From: Folioceros fuciformis
Taxonomy: Eukaryota
Direction: 5' to 3'
Length of the DNA: 64,000 nt
Assembly: GCA_049999805.1 (NCBI GenBank)
Contig: JBNGIO010006337.1
Location: forward strand, 117,457-181,456
The notes under the pieces were generated by a model. That model did no database searches, was not told the DNA's origin, and saw only the letters and a list, made by a program, of their open reading frames with translations. This document shows, piece after piece, positions 24,480 to 39,010 of the stretch; the stretch's first letter is position 1, and each line of letters opens with the position of its first letter. A program made the translations under genes and the position numbers.

Positions 24480-24910
24480 CCAACAAAGTGTCTCTCTCTT
24501 CTAAGGTGAAGATTCTTTCCAACAAAGAGTCTCTCTCTTCTAAGGTGAAGATTCTTAGCATGCTTGTATATAAAGAGTCTCTCTCTTCTACAATAAAGAT
24601 TCTTAGCTTGTATAAAGAGTTAGGGTACTAGTGAAGATTATGCCTATACAAAGAGAAAAGCTAACAAAGACATAGTCTCTCTTTCCTAGTGTGAAGATTC
24701 TTAGCTTATATAAAGAGTCTCTCTCTTCTAGAATGAAGATTCTTAGCCTATATATAAAGAGTTAGGGTGAAGATTCTACTAACCTCTATTAGTGTGAAGA
24801 TTCTGCCTGTACAAACGATACAAATACTTACAGCAATATTATGGTGAAGATTCTTAGTCTACACAAATGTTTACAACAACGAGTCTTGCCTACCTTCTAA
24901 GGTGAAGTGT
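24480..24910. repeat. Degenerate tandem array built on AAAGAGTCTCTCTCTTCTA..GTGAAGATTCTTAGC
   Basis: GAAGATTCT core recurs many times with variable spacing. Confidence 0.8.
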
Positions 24911-25639
24911 AAGTACTGATCCAACGGATCGACCATGAAATAGAGGAGGAGAGTAGAGACAAGTTAGGGATGGAACCTGAACAACAGACTGAGGTCTAGG
25001 TCGATTTAGACAGGACACAAGTGACGAGCGAGAGTGAGAACAAAGTGGGGGAGAGGCATCGACAAGAAGGGAACGGGTCCGTTCACCCGGGCCATGGCCG
25101 ACGGGGTCGCATGCCGGGGAGGCAATATCCACAATACTTCAGAGTAGGAAGGATAGGGTCGAGGTGATGAAGTGCAAAGCAAGGAGGTAGGGTGCGAAGC
25201 GGTTGATGGTGGGATCGATCCGCTCCTTATTGTGTGTGGTCCCGCGGCAAGGTGATCGTTGTGGTAGAGGTCGAACGGGTTGGCCAAGTGCGCTCCCCAA
25301 GCATTGCGTATCTTAGATGCTTCTATAGGAAGATAGTCAGGTGCGTCGGCAAGTCATCGTGAAGGGCAGAGGTTCTTTGGTGAGCCAACAGGAAGGAGAG
25401 GAGGCGAGAGTTTGAGCGCAAAGGAGGTCAAGAGACTGCATGCGTTGGGAAAGAGATAGACAAGCATACTCTGGGTGGAAAGCAGGGTTCGAGGCACCTC
25501 TCAATTATCACAGGAGGGGTTTTATACGAAAGCCAAACCTAATGTTCAAATAATCGACATTAATGAAAAAAGACCTACAATCTACACCAAGGCCATGGCA
25601 ATCCGATGTTGTCAGGTGCCAGCTACCAACCGACGCCTT

Positions 25640-26373
25640 ATCTTAATGAGAAGGTGACAGGGTAGGAGAAGTGGGGATAGAGGAGGCCGTTGGTGGAGCG
25701 GGATCCACGGGCGAGGAGGGTCTAGGAGGTGATTTTGCTCTGCTTATCGGAGTGGGGAGCGTAGCAGAGCTGGCCTTGGGTGAGCGGACCAGAAGCTGAG
25801 TATCAAATTCTGGAGAGGGAGGGCCTCGGGTCGGAGCCTCCGAACTGCTAGGTGCGGTCCATATGTTCGAGGGAAGCGCTGGAGAAAGTTGCACCCACCA
25901 CGGTCTTCGCCGTCTCGCTTAGAACTCGAAGGACTTTGCTATGGAAGGAGACGTAGCTGTTGTTGAGTTGTTGGATGGCATCAACCACCATCCGATGGAG
26001 TGTCTGGTACTCTGTTTGGCCATTTGGCTTCAAGTAAGTTGATGTGCTGCGCTACTGCCAACGCGATGTACCTCTAAAGTTCTTTTAAAGCCACCGAGGT
26101 GACCGTAGTCAATTCCCGTAGCCGTAGGTTGATAACGGCCTTGGCTTGTGCCATGAGGAGGGCAACCTCCATGTGGGCGTCTTGCGATTAGTAGTCCGCT
26201 AGTTGAGCCTGCAATTCTTTCGTCTCAGCCTGCAGACTATTGGCACGTCCCACTAGTACCTTGCATTCTTCTTTCCACAACTGTTCGTGGCTCTGCATAT
26301 CTTCACATAGGCGTGCGAGTTCTGCCTTCAGGGCCGAAACCTCCTATTGGGCCTCCAATTTGCCCGCCATCCA
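25640..26373 (-). pseudogene. Decayed coiled-coil ORF, probably transposon-derived
   Basis: Reads MAGKLEAQ*EVSALKAELARLCEDMQSHEQLWKEECKVLVGRANSLQAETKELQAQLADY*, followed by a Pro/Ser-rich tail; several in-frame stops. Confidence 0.45.
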
Positions 26374-27343
26374 TTAACAACTTGTAGACCACCTCCTGGA
26401 GATGCTACTCTTTATTCAACAACACTTACAACAAGAGTTTGGCAATCTGCACCCAATTGGCTACTATCCTTAACCTTGTCTGACAAACTTGCTTAAGCCC
26501 CCAAGCGCCAACTATTTCTCCATATTGGGCCCACAACTAAGCTCCTTCTCAAGCATTGAGACAGTCACTCTTTAGTATATGTCCTCAAAGCTTTTGCCCT
26601 AGAATTTTAGACTCCGCAATTAAGCCATTTCTAAAGCTCGGAATCATGCATACCACTTATCTTCAAATATTAGTGGTTGTTACAACTCCATCCTCTTTGA
26701 ACATCGTCTGAAATATATCAACTTCCTCCTGCAAGCCGCCTTTCGTCTTTTCCACCAGCCAAAGGTTATCTATTTTTAACCCAAAAACGTGCCATATCGC
26801 ACATATGGTGTTAGTGATGGTTGATCGCCCGCCTTCTGCGTATTTGAAACGAACTATTGTCAGAGGGGTCTCATCATGACAACCACATGATGTCCATTAG
26901 GGTTTTACAAAATACACACTTATGGATGAGCAGAGCGATTTGCTGGTGCGCTCAAGTGTGCGCCTCCATTGCTTACAAGTTTGCCTCCTATCTATCGATG
27001 ATTCCTAACCTTGAAACTACGAAGATTCTATCTGTTTCGTCATGGAGACAATAATTTCATTCGCTCTCTCCTCATTCTCCGCGCCCATGTATGTACTTAA
27101 GTCCAATCACTTTTAATTTAGTGTGAAGAATTACTTATTGTCTATATAATTTTTTCTCGAAAGCATGAAGAAATATGTATAACTTGGTTTAGTGTCATGA
27201 AGGTGACCGCCGATTAGGTAAGAAACCCTCATCCAATGTTATTTAGAATAGAATAGCAAATATATCTCTTAAGTAAACCAATGCTAGGATAAATGAACCT
27301 AGCTTAGCTAGATATTTTGCAAACTAGCTTAGAAATAGCTAGA

Positions 27344-27953
27344 TGTTTCTAGGCAAGTTGAGTCGGAACACATGTTGGGTATTTCCCAACTTGTTGTTGG
27401 TGTAACCCTGCTGCCCAACGTGGGAAAATAGCAGAACTTGGGTACAATAGCAAGGCATTATGGAAAGGAGTTGCGCTGATGCAAGAGCGTGAAGCCAACT
27501 TAGCTGGACGCTGTATCGGAAGATGGCTGGTGCTAGGCAAAAGGGGCAGCCAAGGCAGAAGTCGGTAGTTGTTGAAGTTGCACCGCGCAGTACTGTAACT
27601 TGGGGAAGGCAGCTCAAACCCTGTTTTTGTGTTCTTTGGAATTGGGAGCTAGGATGAAGAACGTTTTCAGCGCATTTGGTTCCAGTGTTGCAGTTCATGG
27701 CGTAACTTACTGACTCACTTTCTGGATATGGATTGCCCTCACTTGCAAGCAGATTGTGCTGCAATCTGTGACATGCAGAGTAGTGGAAAACACTTGCAGC
27801 AGATTGTGCTGCAATCTGTGACATGCAGAGTAGTGGAAAACAACATTAGGATACAGGTACAAATGTTGAATGTGCAAGCCGGAACCCCAAGCTTCAAGTG
27901 GGTGCTGGCCAAGCTCAGGACTCAACTCATCCCAACATTGCCCTAGCACGACA
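27344..27953. mobile_element. Possible solo LTR or MITE-like insertion (~610 bp) with an internal ~50-bp tandem duplication (27740-27842)
   Basis: TG...CA ends with imperfect inverted termini (TGTTTCTAGGCAAGTTG vs reverse complement TGTCGTGCTAGGGCAATGTTG); GC-richer than flanks. Putative TSD matches only 3/5 (CTAGA/TTAGG). Confidence 0.4.
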
Positions 27954-29061
27954 TTAGGTCTTTACAAGATCACCTTTTAATTCTAATTCGTAAGGTTGTT
28001 GGAATTAGAGTCTTTATTATGAAAAAAAGTTAAGAAAACTCATTAACCACAGGACTTGAGGGAACAACAATGAAGACAAAACAAGCGTTGGGCATTAACC
28101 CTTGAAGATTGTTTAAAGCCTCAAGGCCTCCTTTGGTCTACTAAATTATCAAGGAATATGGAATGAGTTGTGTAATTGGATGTGTAATGCGTTTTTAATC
28201 AGTCTAACTAGTTAAAACTACCAGCAACTAAAAAGATGGAGACCATGAGCCCTAATTCAGCAAGTCTAGAAAAATCCCTAATTAATATTTTCAGAAAGTC
28301 TCACTTTAAGGAACATAATTAATTCAATAGCAATATTTTAATATAACTAATAGTATACTAGTATAATATAAGTTAATATAATTTAGTATAATTAAAATAT
28401 ATCATATTTATGGTCACACCACTTAAATGCTTACTATATCAGCCCATAGTACCTAACTTCTGCAAACTAACTTCAGCTAGTATTAGAGTAAACTAAGATG
28501 ACAATTGCTTCCATTTCATATCAATATTTGATTACCAACTTGTACCATTTGCAAGTTAGGATGAAAACATTGGAGATCTAATAGCCCTTGAAGAGCACAT
28601 GGATGATATGACATTGAATACAAGGATGGCTATCCCAAGGACAATTATGCAGCTTTCTTCATGCTACTAAATGTTATATGGCATACATAGAAAAATGGAT
28701 GTTATTGTAGCCTTACATCCTCCAATAGCGTAAGAAACTCCCTTGGAGAGTAGGTCAAATATAGCTTAGACTGCACAAGCTGAAGGTATCATATATGGTG
28801 AGAAAGAAAGGAAAGAAGATAATAGGGAAACCAAAACTTCAGGAAAGAAGGGAATACAAAAGGCTTGATCCCTCCTTGCCATTCTGCTCACTTTTACGAC
28901 TTTGCCGAACGTGTTCATTGTATGCTTGTTGCTGTGACTTTGGAGTGAACATTCTAAGAAGGATCGATGTTTTTAGAAGTGTGGTACGTTTATCCATAAA
29001 ATTAGCTCTATGAAAGGTTGGATGCTCTGAAGATCAGTAGCAAAAAGCAAAAATCCCCAAA

Positions 29062-31515
29062 ATGTCAGTGATTCTGTCACGTTTCTTCAAGAAGAACTCA
29101 AAGTTGGGTGAAGGAATTGATGGAGACGAACTTGGAAAGGTGTTCTTCTATTATGCTTCTATTAGAATAAAGACTTTAGTTCAAGGACAGACACCCAAAT
29201 TGATTCAACTATTACAACCTTGTACTAAATGAGTTCGTTCTTTAATGTGCATAATAACCAAGGCTCGACTGTCTTACTCAACTATAGATTTAGGAGACTA
29301 GGTCATGATACATCTACAATAAGGATCCATAAAACCTTGTAGCTTTGTTCTTCTCCTAGATGTGAATCCTATTTTTTGAATTGGGTCATTGAATTTGACA
29401 TAGGCTTGTGATGTGACAGCCATGGTTTGAGGGGTGTAAAATCCAAGACTTCAAACTTGGTAAAATTTTGGGAACAGGTAGTTTTGGTAGAGTCTCATAT
29501 GCTCACCACATTGCGACGAATCAAGTGTGTGCAGTAAAGTCCTTATCCAAATCACAAATCGTTAAGACAAAACAGGTACATACAAAACGTTGATGACATT
29601 GTTTGTTGAGATGAAACCCTAAACAAAAATATGTTTGGTGTATGTGGGTATGTTTTAATACGTACCTTAAACACTTTTAGGTTTCTCACGTGAAGCAAGA
29701 AAAAGGCATTCTTCATAGACTTGATTTTCCATTCATTGTAAACCTCCTCGGTTATTGCCAAGATGAGAAAAATGTGCATCTTGTTCTAGAATATGTTTGT
29801 GGGTGAGTGACTGTGATTTGATTCATACATTTGTTTTTTGTTGAACATTCTATACTGTACCTATTCCCAATGAGTGAACTCAGTTCTTTGCATTCTAAAA
29901 GCAACATAGCCAATTAAAAAGTGAACTAGTGATTTGTATTGTTAGACTATTGAACAGAGCTGCATGTGGTTCAGCGGAGAATTTTTCACATATCTTCGCA
30001 CGACTGGACGATTCGATGAAAACACTACGGTAAGTATGACATTCTTAGAAATAGTTACATGTCTTTGTCTTCTTTGTTTCACAATCAAGGAACACTATCG
30101 TACCTCATTACAAAAAGGACAAAGTACTTCTTAAATTCAGCAAAAAAATCTTTAATTTGATAAAATTTCACAAAAAAAAAATGATGAATCCAATCAATTT
30201 GTTGGATATTGAAGAATGACGAGCCACATTGTTGTCCAGAGATTTTATGCATCCCAAGTTCTCCTTGCTTTTGAACATATTCACAACATGGATATCATAT
30301 ACAGAGATCTTAAGGTGAATTGCAATGAATGTGATCAAGAATGCATATGAAATAAACTAGAAACTAATTGTTTTACTATTTCAGCCTGAAAATCTTTTAT
30401 TGGATGAGATTGGGAACATTAAAATTACAGACTTTGGATTTGCCAAGCAAATTGATCATAGAACATACACACTTTGTGGTATTATTTCTCTCTGAAAATT
30501 TAGTTTTTTAGATAATATTTAAAGAAGTATAATAATTCATGCTACAATATTTGTCAAAACTTTCTAGGTACACCTGACTACCTTGCACCTGAGATCATTT
30601 TGAACAAAGGTCATGGGAAACCAGTTGATTGGTGAGATGTAGTGTCCAACACAAATATTCATAATGATATTTTAAGTAAATTATATATTAATATTGATTA
30701 AGTAGTTCTATGAATGCAGGTGGGCATTTGGTGTCTTAATCTATGAAATGTTAGCTGGATACCCCCCTTTCTATGATGAAGGCATATGACTTAAGCCCTT
30801 CCTTAACATCACGAAGTTACTTTGAAAGTTGGGCTGATGAATGAACTCATATGAACAATGTTTTGCAGATCCCATGGGAACTTATCAAAAGATTTTAAGT
30901 GGGAAGTTACAATTTCCAGGGCACTTCTCTAGGAAGTAGGTTTACAAAAAAAAAAACCCATAATTTAAATTACTTAACTAAAGTCATCAGACATGCATGT
31001 GATGGTGGTTATCTTAATTCTATGTAGTGCTAAGGATTTGGTGAGAAGGCTGTTGCAAGCGGATTTGACAAAAAGGTACTTGTCATGACTAGGAATAGTT
31101 GGGTGACACACATTCTTTTGGGAAACCTTACTCTTTCAAACATATGTTTGAACCCACAATGAATTATATGAATGTGTAGGATTGGTTGTCTTAAAGGTGG
31201 TATAAAAGACATTAAGACACATGCTTGGTTTGGAAACTTGGATTGGGATAATGTGTTAAGAAAACGAGATATGGCTCCTATTAGGCCTAAAGTCTCGGTA
31301 TAAACCCTAAATCCTGTTTCTTCTTGTCTTACAATGCTCATTTCAGTCTGAATTTGTTGACATGTGGATAGATGAAAGAGTATCTAACATTAGAGTAATA
31401 CATCACACAGGGTCCTGAAGATGCAAGCAACTTTGATGATTATTCAAAACTTGAGGCTCCTAGAGATGACTTTGCCTTAAGTTCAGAAGAACAAGACTTA
31501 TTCAAGGATTTGTGA
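29062..31515 (+). CDS. cAMP-dependent protein kinase catalytic subunit (PKA-C-like AGC kinase), 12 exons, 347 aa: 29062-29139, 29420-29575, 29681-29802, 29975-30029, 30240-30314, 30385-30478, 30568-30631, 30720-30781, 30869-30935, 31028-31075, 31180-31297, 31411-31515
   Basis: Manual splicing gives a stop-free 1044-nt CDS with [124 protein letters not shown] and DASNFDDY. Ten GT-AG introns and one GC-AG; exon 1 is the least certain. Confidence 0.93.
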
Positions 31516-31588
31516 TGGATCTCTTCCTAAGGTAAACAATCAGTGTAAGATCAACTTATAGTTATCTATTCCTGTCATAAGAAGAACG

Positions 31589-31666
31589 CTGGTGCTTATG
31601 AGGAGCAATGTCATCTGGTGCTTATGAGGAGCAATGTCATCTAGTGCTTATGAGGAGCAATGTCAT
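31589..31666. repeat. 26-bp tandem repeat x3 (CTGGTGCTTATGAGGAGCAATGTCAT) just 3' of the kinase stop
   Basis: Read directly; one substitution in the third copy. Confidence 0.92.
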
Positions 31667-32195
31667 TAGAAGTGCGAGTAATTTTGAAGGGAGAAAAAAG
31701 AAAGCTTGATTCAAGTTTCATGAGAAGGTGGGCTATAAGGTTGCCTTTTGTATGGATTGTGCATGGGAATGAACCATAGCAAGAGAACATGTGTTTCATG
31801 TATGAGGTATAAGAGATCTTGAAAGATCCTTTAGTTACCTCCAAAAAAAAAAAAAAAAAATTCTAGAAAATCTCTCTACAGTGTTAGATTAAGACATCTC
31901 CACACATTAAGAGATTGATCTAGATAAGGCCTGAAGAGTGTTAAATCAATATCTCAATAATATTTCAATAAGAAACATCATAGCTCTTCAGACTTTCAAA
32001 ATATATATTTTTGGTGAAATATATAATTTACCTAAATATATGATAATATTTTATAATATTCCTCAAAATTAAAATAAATTCATAAAAAACAGTAAATAGG
32101 GTGGGAGCCACTAATTTCAATAAGAATTAGGTTATATATATATATATATATCCATATTTTAAAACATATAATGAATATTACTATTTTAAACTTGT

Positions 32196-32295
32196 NNNNN
32201 NNNNNNNNNNNNNNNNNNNNNNNNNNNNNNNNNNNNNNNNNNNNNNNNNNNNNNNNNNNNNNNNNNNNNNNNNNNNNNNNNNNNNNNNNNNNNNN
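32196..32295. other. Assembly gap (100 N)
   Basis: N run. Confidence 0.98.
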
Positions 32296-33397
32296 ACCCT
32301 AGGTCTTAGGCCTGGTTATCCCTTCTCATCTATTTGATGTTGAAGTTTGGGTCCAAACAGGGATGAAAGTTTACGCAAGGTAGGGAATACCATGGTATCT
32401 ACAGATGAATTAGGAAGGGAGCCACGTTAACACATCCCACGCACAAACTTGGTGTTAGGGAGCAAGGAGCAAGGAGGAAGGAGGAAGGAGGAAGGAGGAA
32501 GGAATAAGGAAGAAGATGCATGCTGTGAGAAGCCAGCTAGCTAGCTCTGGCTTCCGAAACCTTGAACACTTCGCGAGGCACACCTGCTGAGAACTAAGAG
32601 CTGAGGAATGTGTAACGATTGCTACTGTTCCACGGAAACCATGTCAAGTGGTGGAAAGGAAACATGCTGTTGTCTGGGATGCGTACCGTCCGCATCGCCC
32701 CTCAGCTCAGCTGGCTGTTGCGGTTGTAAAGGTCGACCGGGAGAATCCATAAAAGTAGAGACATCTCTCGAGGCTGTCATGCAATTCCCACCAGCTTCCG
32801 ACTCTACTCATGCTGTTTAGAGGATCACCCACATTCTACTTTACCTCAGTGGACAGGATGCTGCGTAGATCGAGTTTAGAATGGTATCTTCGAGGTCATG
32901 TCAAACCCATGTAGTGATTCTGAGCTCCATAAAATTGTACAGTCGAGGTCATGTAAGTGAGTGACTAGCTTTGCTGTTTTTACCTCCAGCCATTTGGGAG
33001 TGGTGCTGTTGTAGAGGACATAGATTGCCTCTGCTTCTTGTGTCTGCTAACTTCGTTGGTCCTATGGCGTAGCGCAGCTCTGACACCCATGTGTATGAGT
33101 TCTAACAACATTACATCCATGGAGGTAAGAAGGCAAATCTTTACAGCAGGAAAACGGAGCATTATTGGCCTCCGTCGTCTCTCTCTCACCTCTCCAGGGC
33201 AGTTGCAGGCAAATGTCTGGTTGTATGTATGTACTACCCCGGCCGCTGAATTATTGAACGAAGCGTGCTCCGGGGAGTTGGTTTGATGCACGAGGCGGGG
33301 TTGGCAGTCTGCAGGGAGACTGATATGGGCAGGGCAGGATCCAGCTGACTCCTGATTTGGTATGCTGTGTTGTTGAAAGCTGAAGGGAGTGGGGGGA

Positions 33398-35692
<2,295 letters not shown>

Positions 35693-36801
35693 ACTGTGAT
35701 ACGCATTTGACTGCAGTCGTTGTCCACCATACAAAGCATCACTAGCATTGAACGTGGCAAATTGCCGCGGCCTCCATTTCTCTCCTCAATTCGTCCCCCA
35801 CGCCCCTTCGTTTTCTCACTGGAGGGATGGGGAGGGGACGGCAGCACACCGATCGGACTGCTTCCAGTGCAGTTGGGGCAGGAAGTTTGTCAACAACAGA
35901 GCGCTGAGCGTCGGTGGAAATAGGGAGCAGGTGGCGTGTCAGCCAATTTGCGTGTGGCTGAGGAAGAATGCACGACGAGTGAATGGTCACCTACTGCGCG
36001 GGCCGGCATCTCACGCGTGCTTGCAAATGGAATAAACACTTGCATGCACGCAGGTGGCTACGTGCCGGCCAGCCGGCCGCGCACATGCCATCTAGCGCAC
36101 TTGGCATCGACATCGCTTACTTATCGACATCGCTTACTTCTTGGTCAAAGTGACGACGAACTAGGGCTCAAGGGAGCTGTTCCCTCGTCTCAAATCCTTG
36201 ACTCGGAAGCTTCGCACTGTACATACGTGGTGCAGCCCAGGGTATCCGCGGGAGTTCACCGGAAAACCGGCGCTGGCCCGAGGCGATCGCTTCGTCTCCA
36301 GGCAACAGCTACAGTACTAACTTTCTCTAGGTGTTTCATGCCTCCACGCCACAACAAACGTCATTCTGTGTTCGTGCGTTTTTCTTGTTGGTCTTCCTTC
36401 AAGGTACGCCGAAACGGCAACAACGTTTTCTTGTAGTCTTGCATAGTTGGCCTATTATTTAGGCCTCTCCCGCCAGACCCATTTCGTCTCAAAGGAGCGA
36501 CAGGCTGGTACCCGTTGTCCGGTAGCGACCGGCCAGCTTCTGCTCGTGCTCGGTTCAACGAGAGTGCTTCATGGAAGCGCTCTGGTTGAGCTTCATCGGG
36601 GAGTGGCTCAGCCGCAGCTTTTGCCAGCACGCGGAGCGGGGGCCTCCAGGCTTGGCGGGCATGGGGAGGAGATGCGTGTGGGAAGACGTGCAGGGATTGG
36701 ATTAGTGGAGGAAGGGGGCCTGCAGGAAGCCCTAGAAAGAGGTGGCTAGGACGGGGTGAGGGATTCTGAGAGCCGGCTTCACGCCGTTTACGGTGGTTCT
36801 G

Positions 36802-38509
36802 ATGAGCGAGCGGGATGGTTCCCCAGCTGCCAACGCGGACTCTGCTTCGAATTCACCTGGTAAGAAGGGCAGGAGCAGGTGCTGTTTTCCCACGCGTGCC
36901 CTCAAGTTGAAGCCGGAGGGCAGTCAGGGCGGAGTGAAAAAGATTGAAGCAGAAGGAGCAGGAGCGATAGCAGAAGCTGAGACGAAGGCAGAATCTGAAG
37001 CTGAGGAAGAGTGCCGGAAGAAGCTGCGGGCATCAGGCACTGAAGAGGATCTGGACGCAGGCAACAGCACATTGTTGATGAAGAATCCGCAATTCAAGGT
37101 TTCGGCCGGACGGTTAGTGCCGGAGGATGGCCGGGCCAAGTCCGAGGCATGCACGGTGTTTCTGTGGGACCTCGATGAAACGCTTATCATTTTCAACTCC
37201 CTGAAGAAGGGAACGTATGGGAAGTTGTATGGTGAAGCCAAGGACCCGGAATTGGGAGCCTTGCTGGGGCGGTGCTGGGAGAAGCTTATATTTCGTGTCT
37301 GTGATTCCTATTTTTTTTTCGAGGAGGTAGTTTTACTTCACTCGGCACGTACAGTCGTGATGTTTCAGCTTGGGGTTCTGGTGTGGAAGTGAAAGTCTAG
37401 GTGGTCTGGTTTCCTCACTAGACAGGCTGTGGGGTGATCTGCAAGCAGGTTGAGGAATTTTGTGAACCGAATATCAGCTCGCTGATTGAATATGATGATG
37501 GGGCAGATTTGTCTGGCTATAACTTTGGCGCAGACGGGTTTAAGGTTCCGTCGGATGCTGTGAGTCTGAGGAAGTTTGCGTATCGCCATCGATGGGTCAG
37601 TCATTTGTACTCTCAGGTAATAGGGTGCCTCCTTGGGTTGGGTTTTAGTAACCTCGAGTGTTACACGGGTGATGAGGACTAACCGTTGTTTTGTCCACTT
37701 TCAGGGATTGGCAAGATTATTGGCGGAAGAAGAGCTAGCCGAATGGAACAGGCTGTACGAGGCAACCGACAAGTACACAGATGGGTGGCTCTCGGCAGGT
37801 ATTTGCTTCCTCGCCGCATCTCGTGGCCTGCCTCCCTGACATCTATGTTGTGAATTTCTCAGTCGAACATGGTTTGGTCCCTTCTGTCCTCACAGGAAGG
37901 GCACTCCTAGCCGACTGCCTGAAGGTACATGAAGGTAATCGTGATGGCCGGAACGACAAAGCAGTCGCAGTTGATCAAAATGGTTTACCCAGGACGGAAA
38001 AAACAAGGAGAAGTCGTAGCGTGAACGTATTGGTGACGTCAGGGGTTCTCATACCGAGTATTGTTAAGTGCCTACTCTTCAAGCTCGACCCATTCATAGA
38101 ATGTGACAAGAGTAAGCAGCTTCTTGTTTTTCAGTGCTACTGTCGTGTCGGACTTACGCCTGTTCGTGAAGGACCAGACTGATTGCGGCTTTTGTCTGCT
38201 CCCTGCCGCCCTGCAGTTTACAGCTCCCGTGTTGTTGACAAGTTAGCCTGCTTCCGAGGAATCAAAGAGCGATACTCCCATCCAGCAACCAGGTTTTGTG
38301 TGATTGGCGACGGCATGGAAGAATGCGAAGCAGCGGAGCGGCTAAGATGGCCGTTTTTACGAGTAGAAGCAGGGCCTGAGGGTGTAAATAGGTTACCAGC
38401 CCTCACGGTTGGGACGGTACAGTTGTACATGAGAGTGGTATATGACGAAGACGATCCGGATGATGAAGTGGGTATCGTCTGTGGCGAGGTTGACACCGGC
38501 TTCGTTTAA
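36802..38509 (+). CDS. EYA: Eyes-absent homolog (EYA, HAD-family phosphatase); exons 36802-37326, 37449-37616, 37705-37798, 37896-38111, 38217-38509
   Basis: HAD motif I VFLWDLDETLIIF, DDGADLSGYNF, TDKYTDGWLS, VNVLVTSG..IPSIVKCLLF, IYSS and FCVIGDGMEECEAA; in-phase GT-AG junctions. Confidence 0.94.
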
Positions 38510-38889
38510 CATGGGCATCCCTTCTGGACTCATTTCGTGCCGTACTATGCCATCGGTGGTTTCGCGATACTCATTAGCCTCCGAAGACCGAACAGACTCA
38601 ATCTCAGACATCATCGTGGGACCTTATTTTGCGTGCTTGATATTTTTCTTAGTCGGTTTTGCGAACCGCAAATCTCAGCAAGATATCCGTTGCCTGTACA
38701 TAATTGCAATCTTTGAGAGGTTAGAAGACCGGAAAGTGGCTCGGGCACATGTTGGTAAGTTTCTGTTAACTCCTATAACCTTTGCATTACGTTTAATTCA
38801 TCTTTGTCTTAATTCATCAAACATTTTGGCTTAAGTCATCGAGCCTCTTGGCTTAATTCATCCAACCTTTTGCTTCTGTTCCCTTCGAC

Positions 38890-39010
38890 ATCAAATTTAA
38901 ATCTTCTATTAAGTTCTATTCTCTTCCAATCAAATTTGAATCTTTTATTCCGTTTAACGCGGAATTTGAATCTTACTTTTTTTACGTTGAATTTGAATCT
39001 TACTTTTTCT
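38890..39010. repeat. Degenerate AATTTGAATCTT repeat, 4 copies
   Basis: Read directly. Confidence 0.7.

Larger units (their letters stand above)
20990..28450. mobile_element. Island of degenerate, probably nested transposon-derived sequence
   Basis: No intact host-gene ORF, AT-rich, many internal tandem repeats, a stop-riddled coiled-coil ORF and an LTR-like segment. Family not identifiable by eye. Confidence 0.55.
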
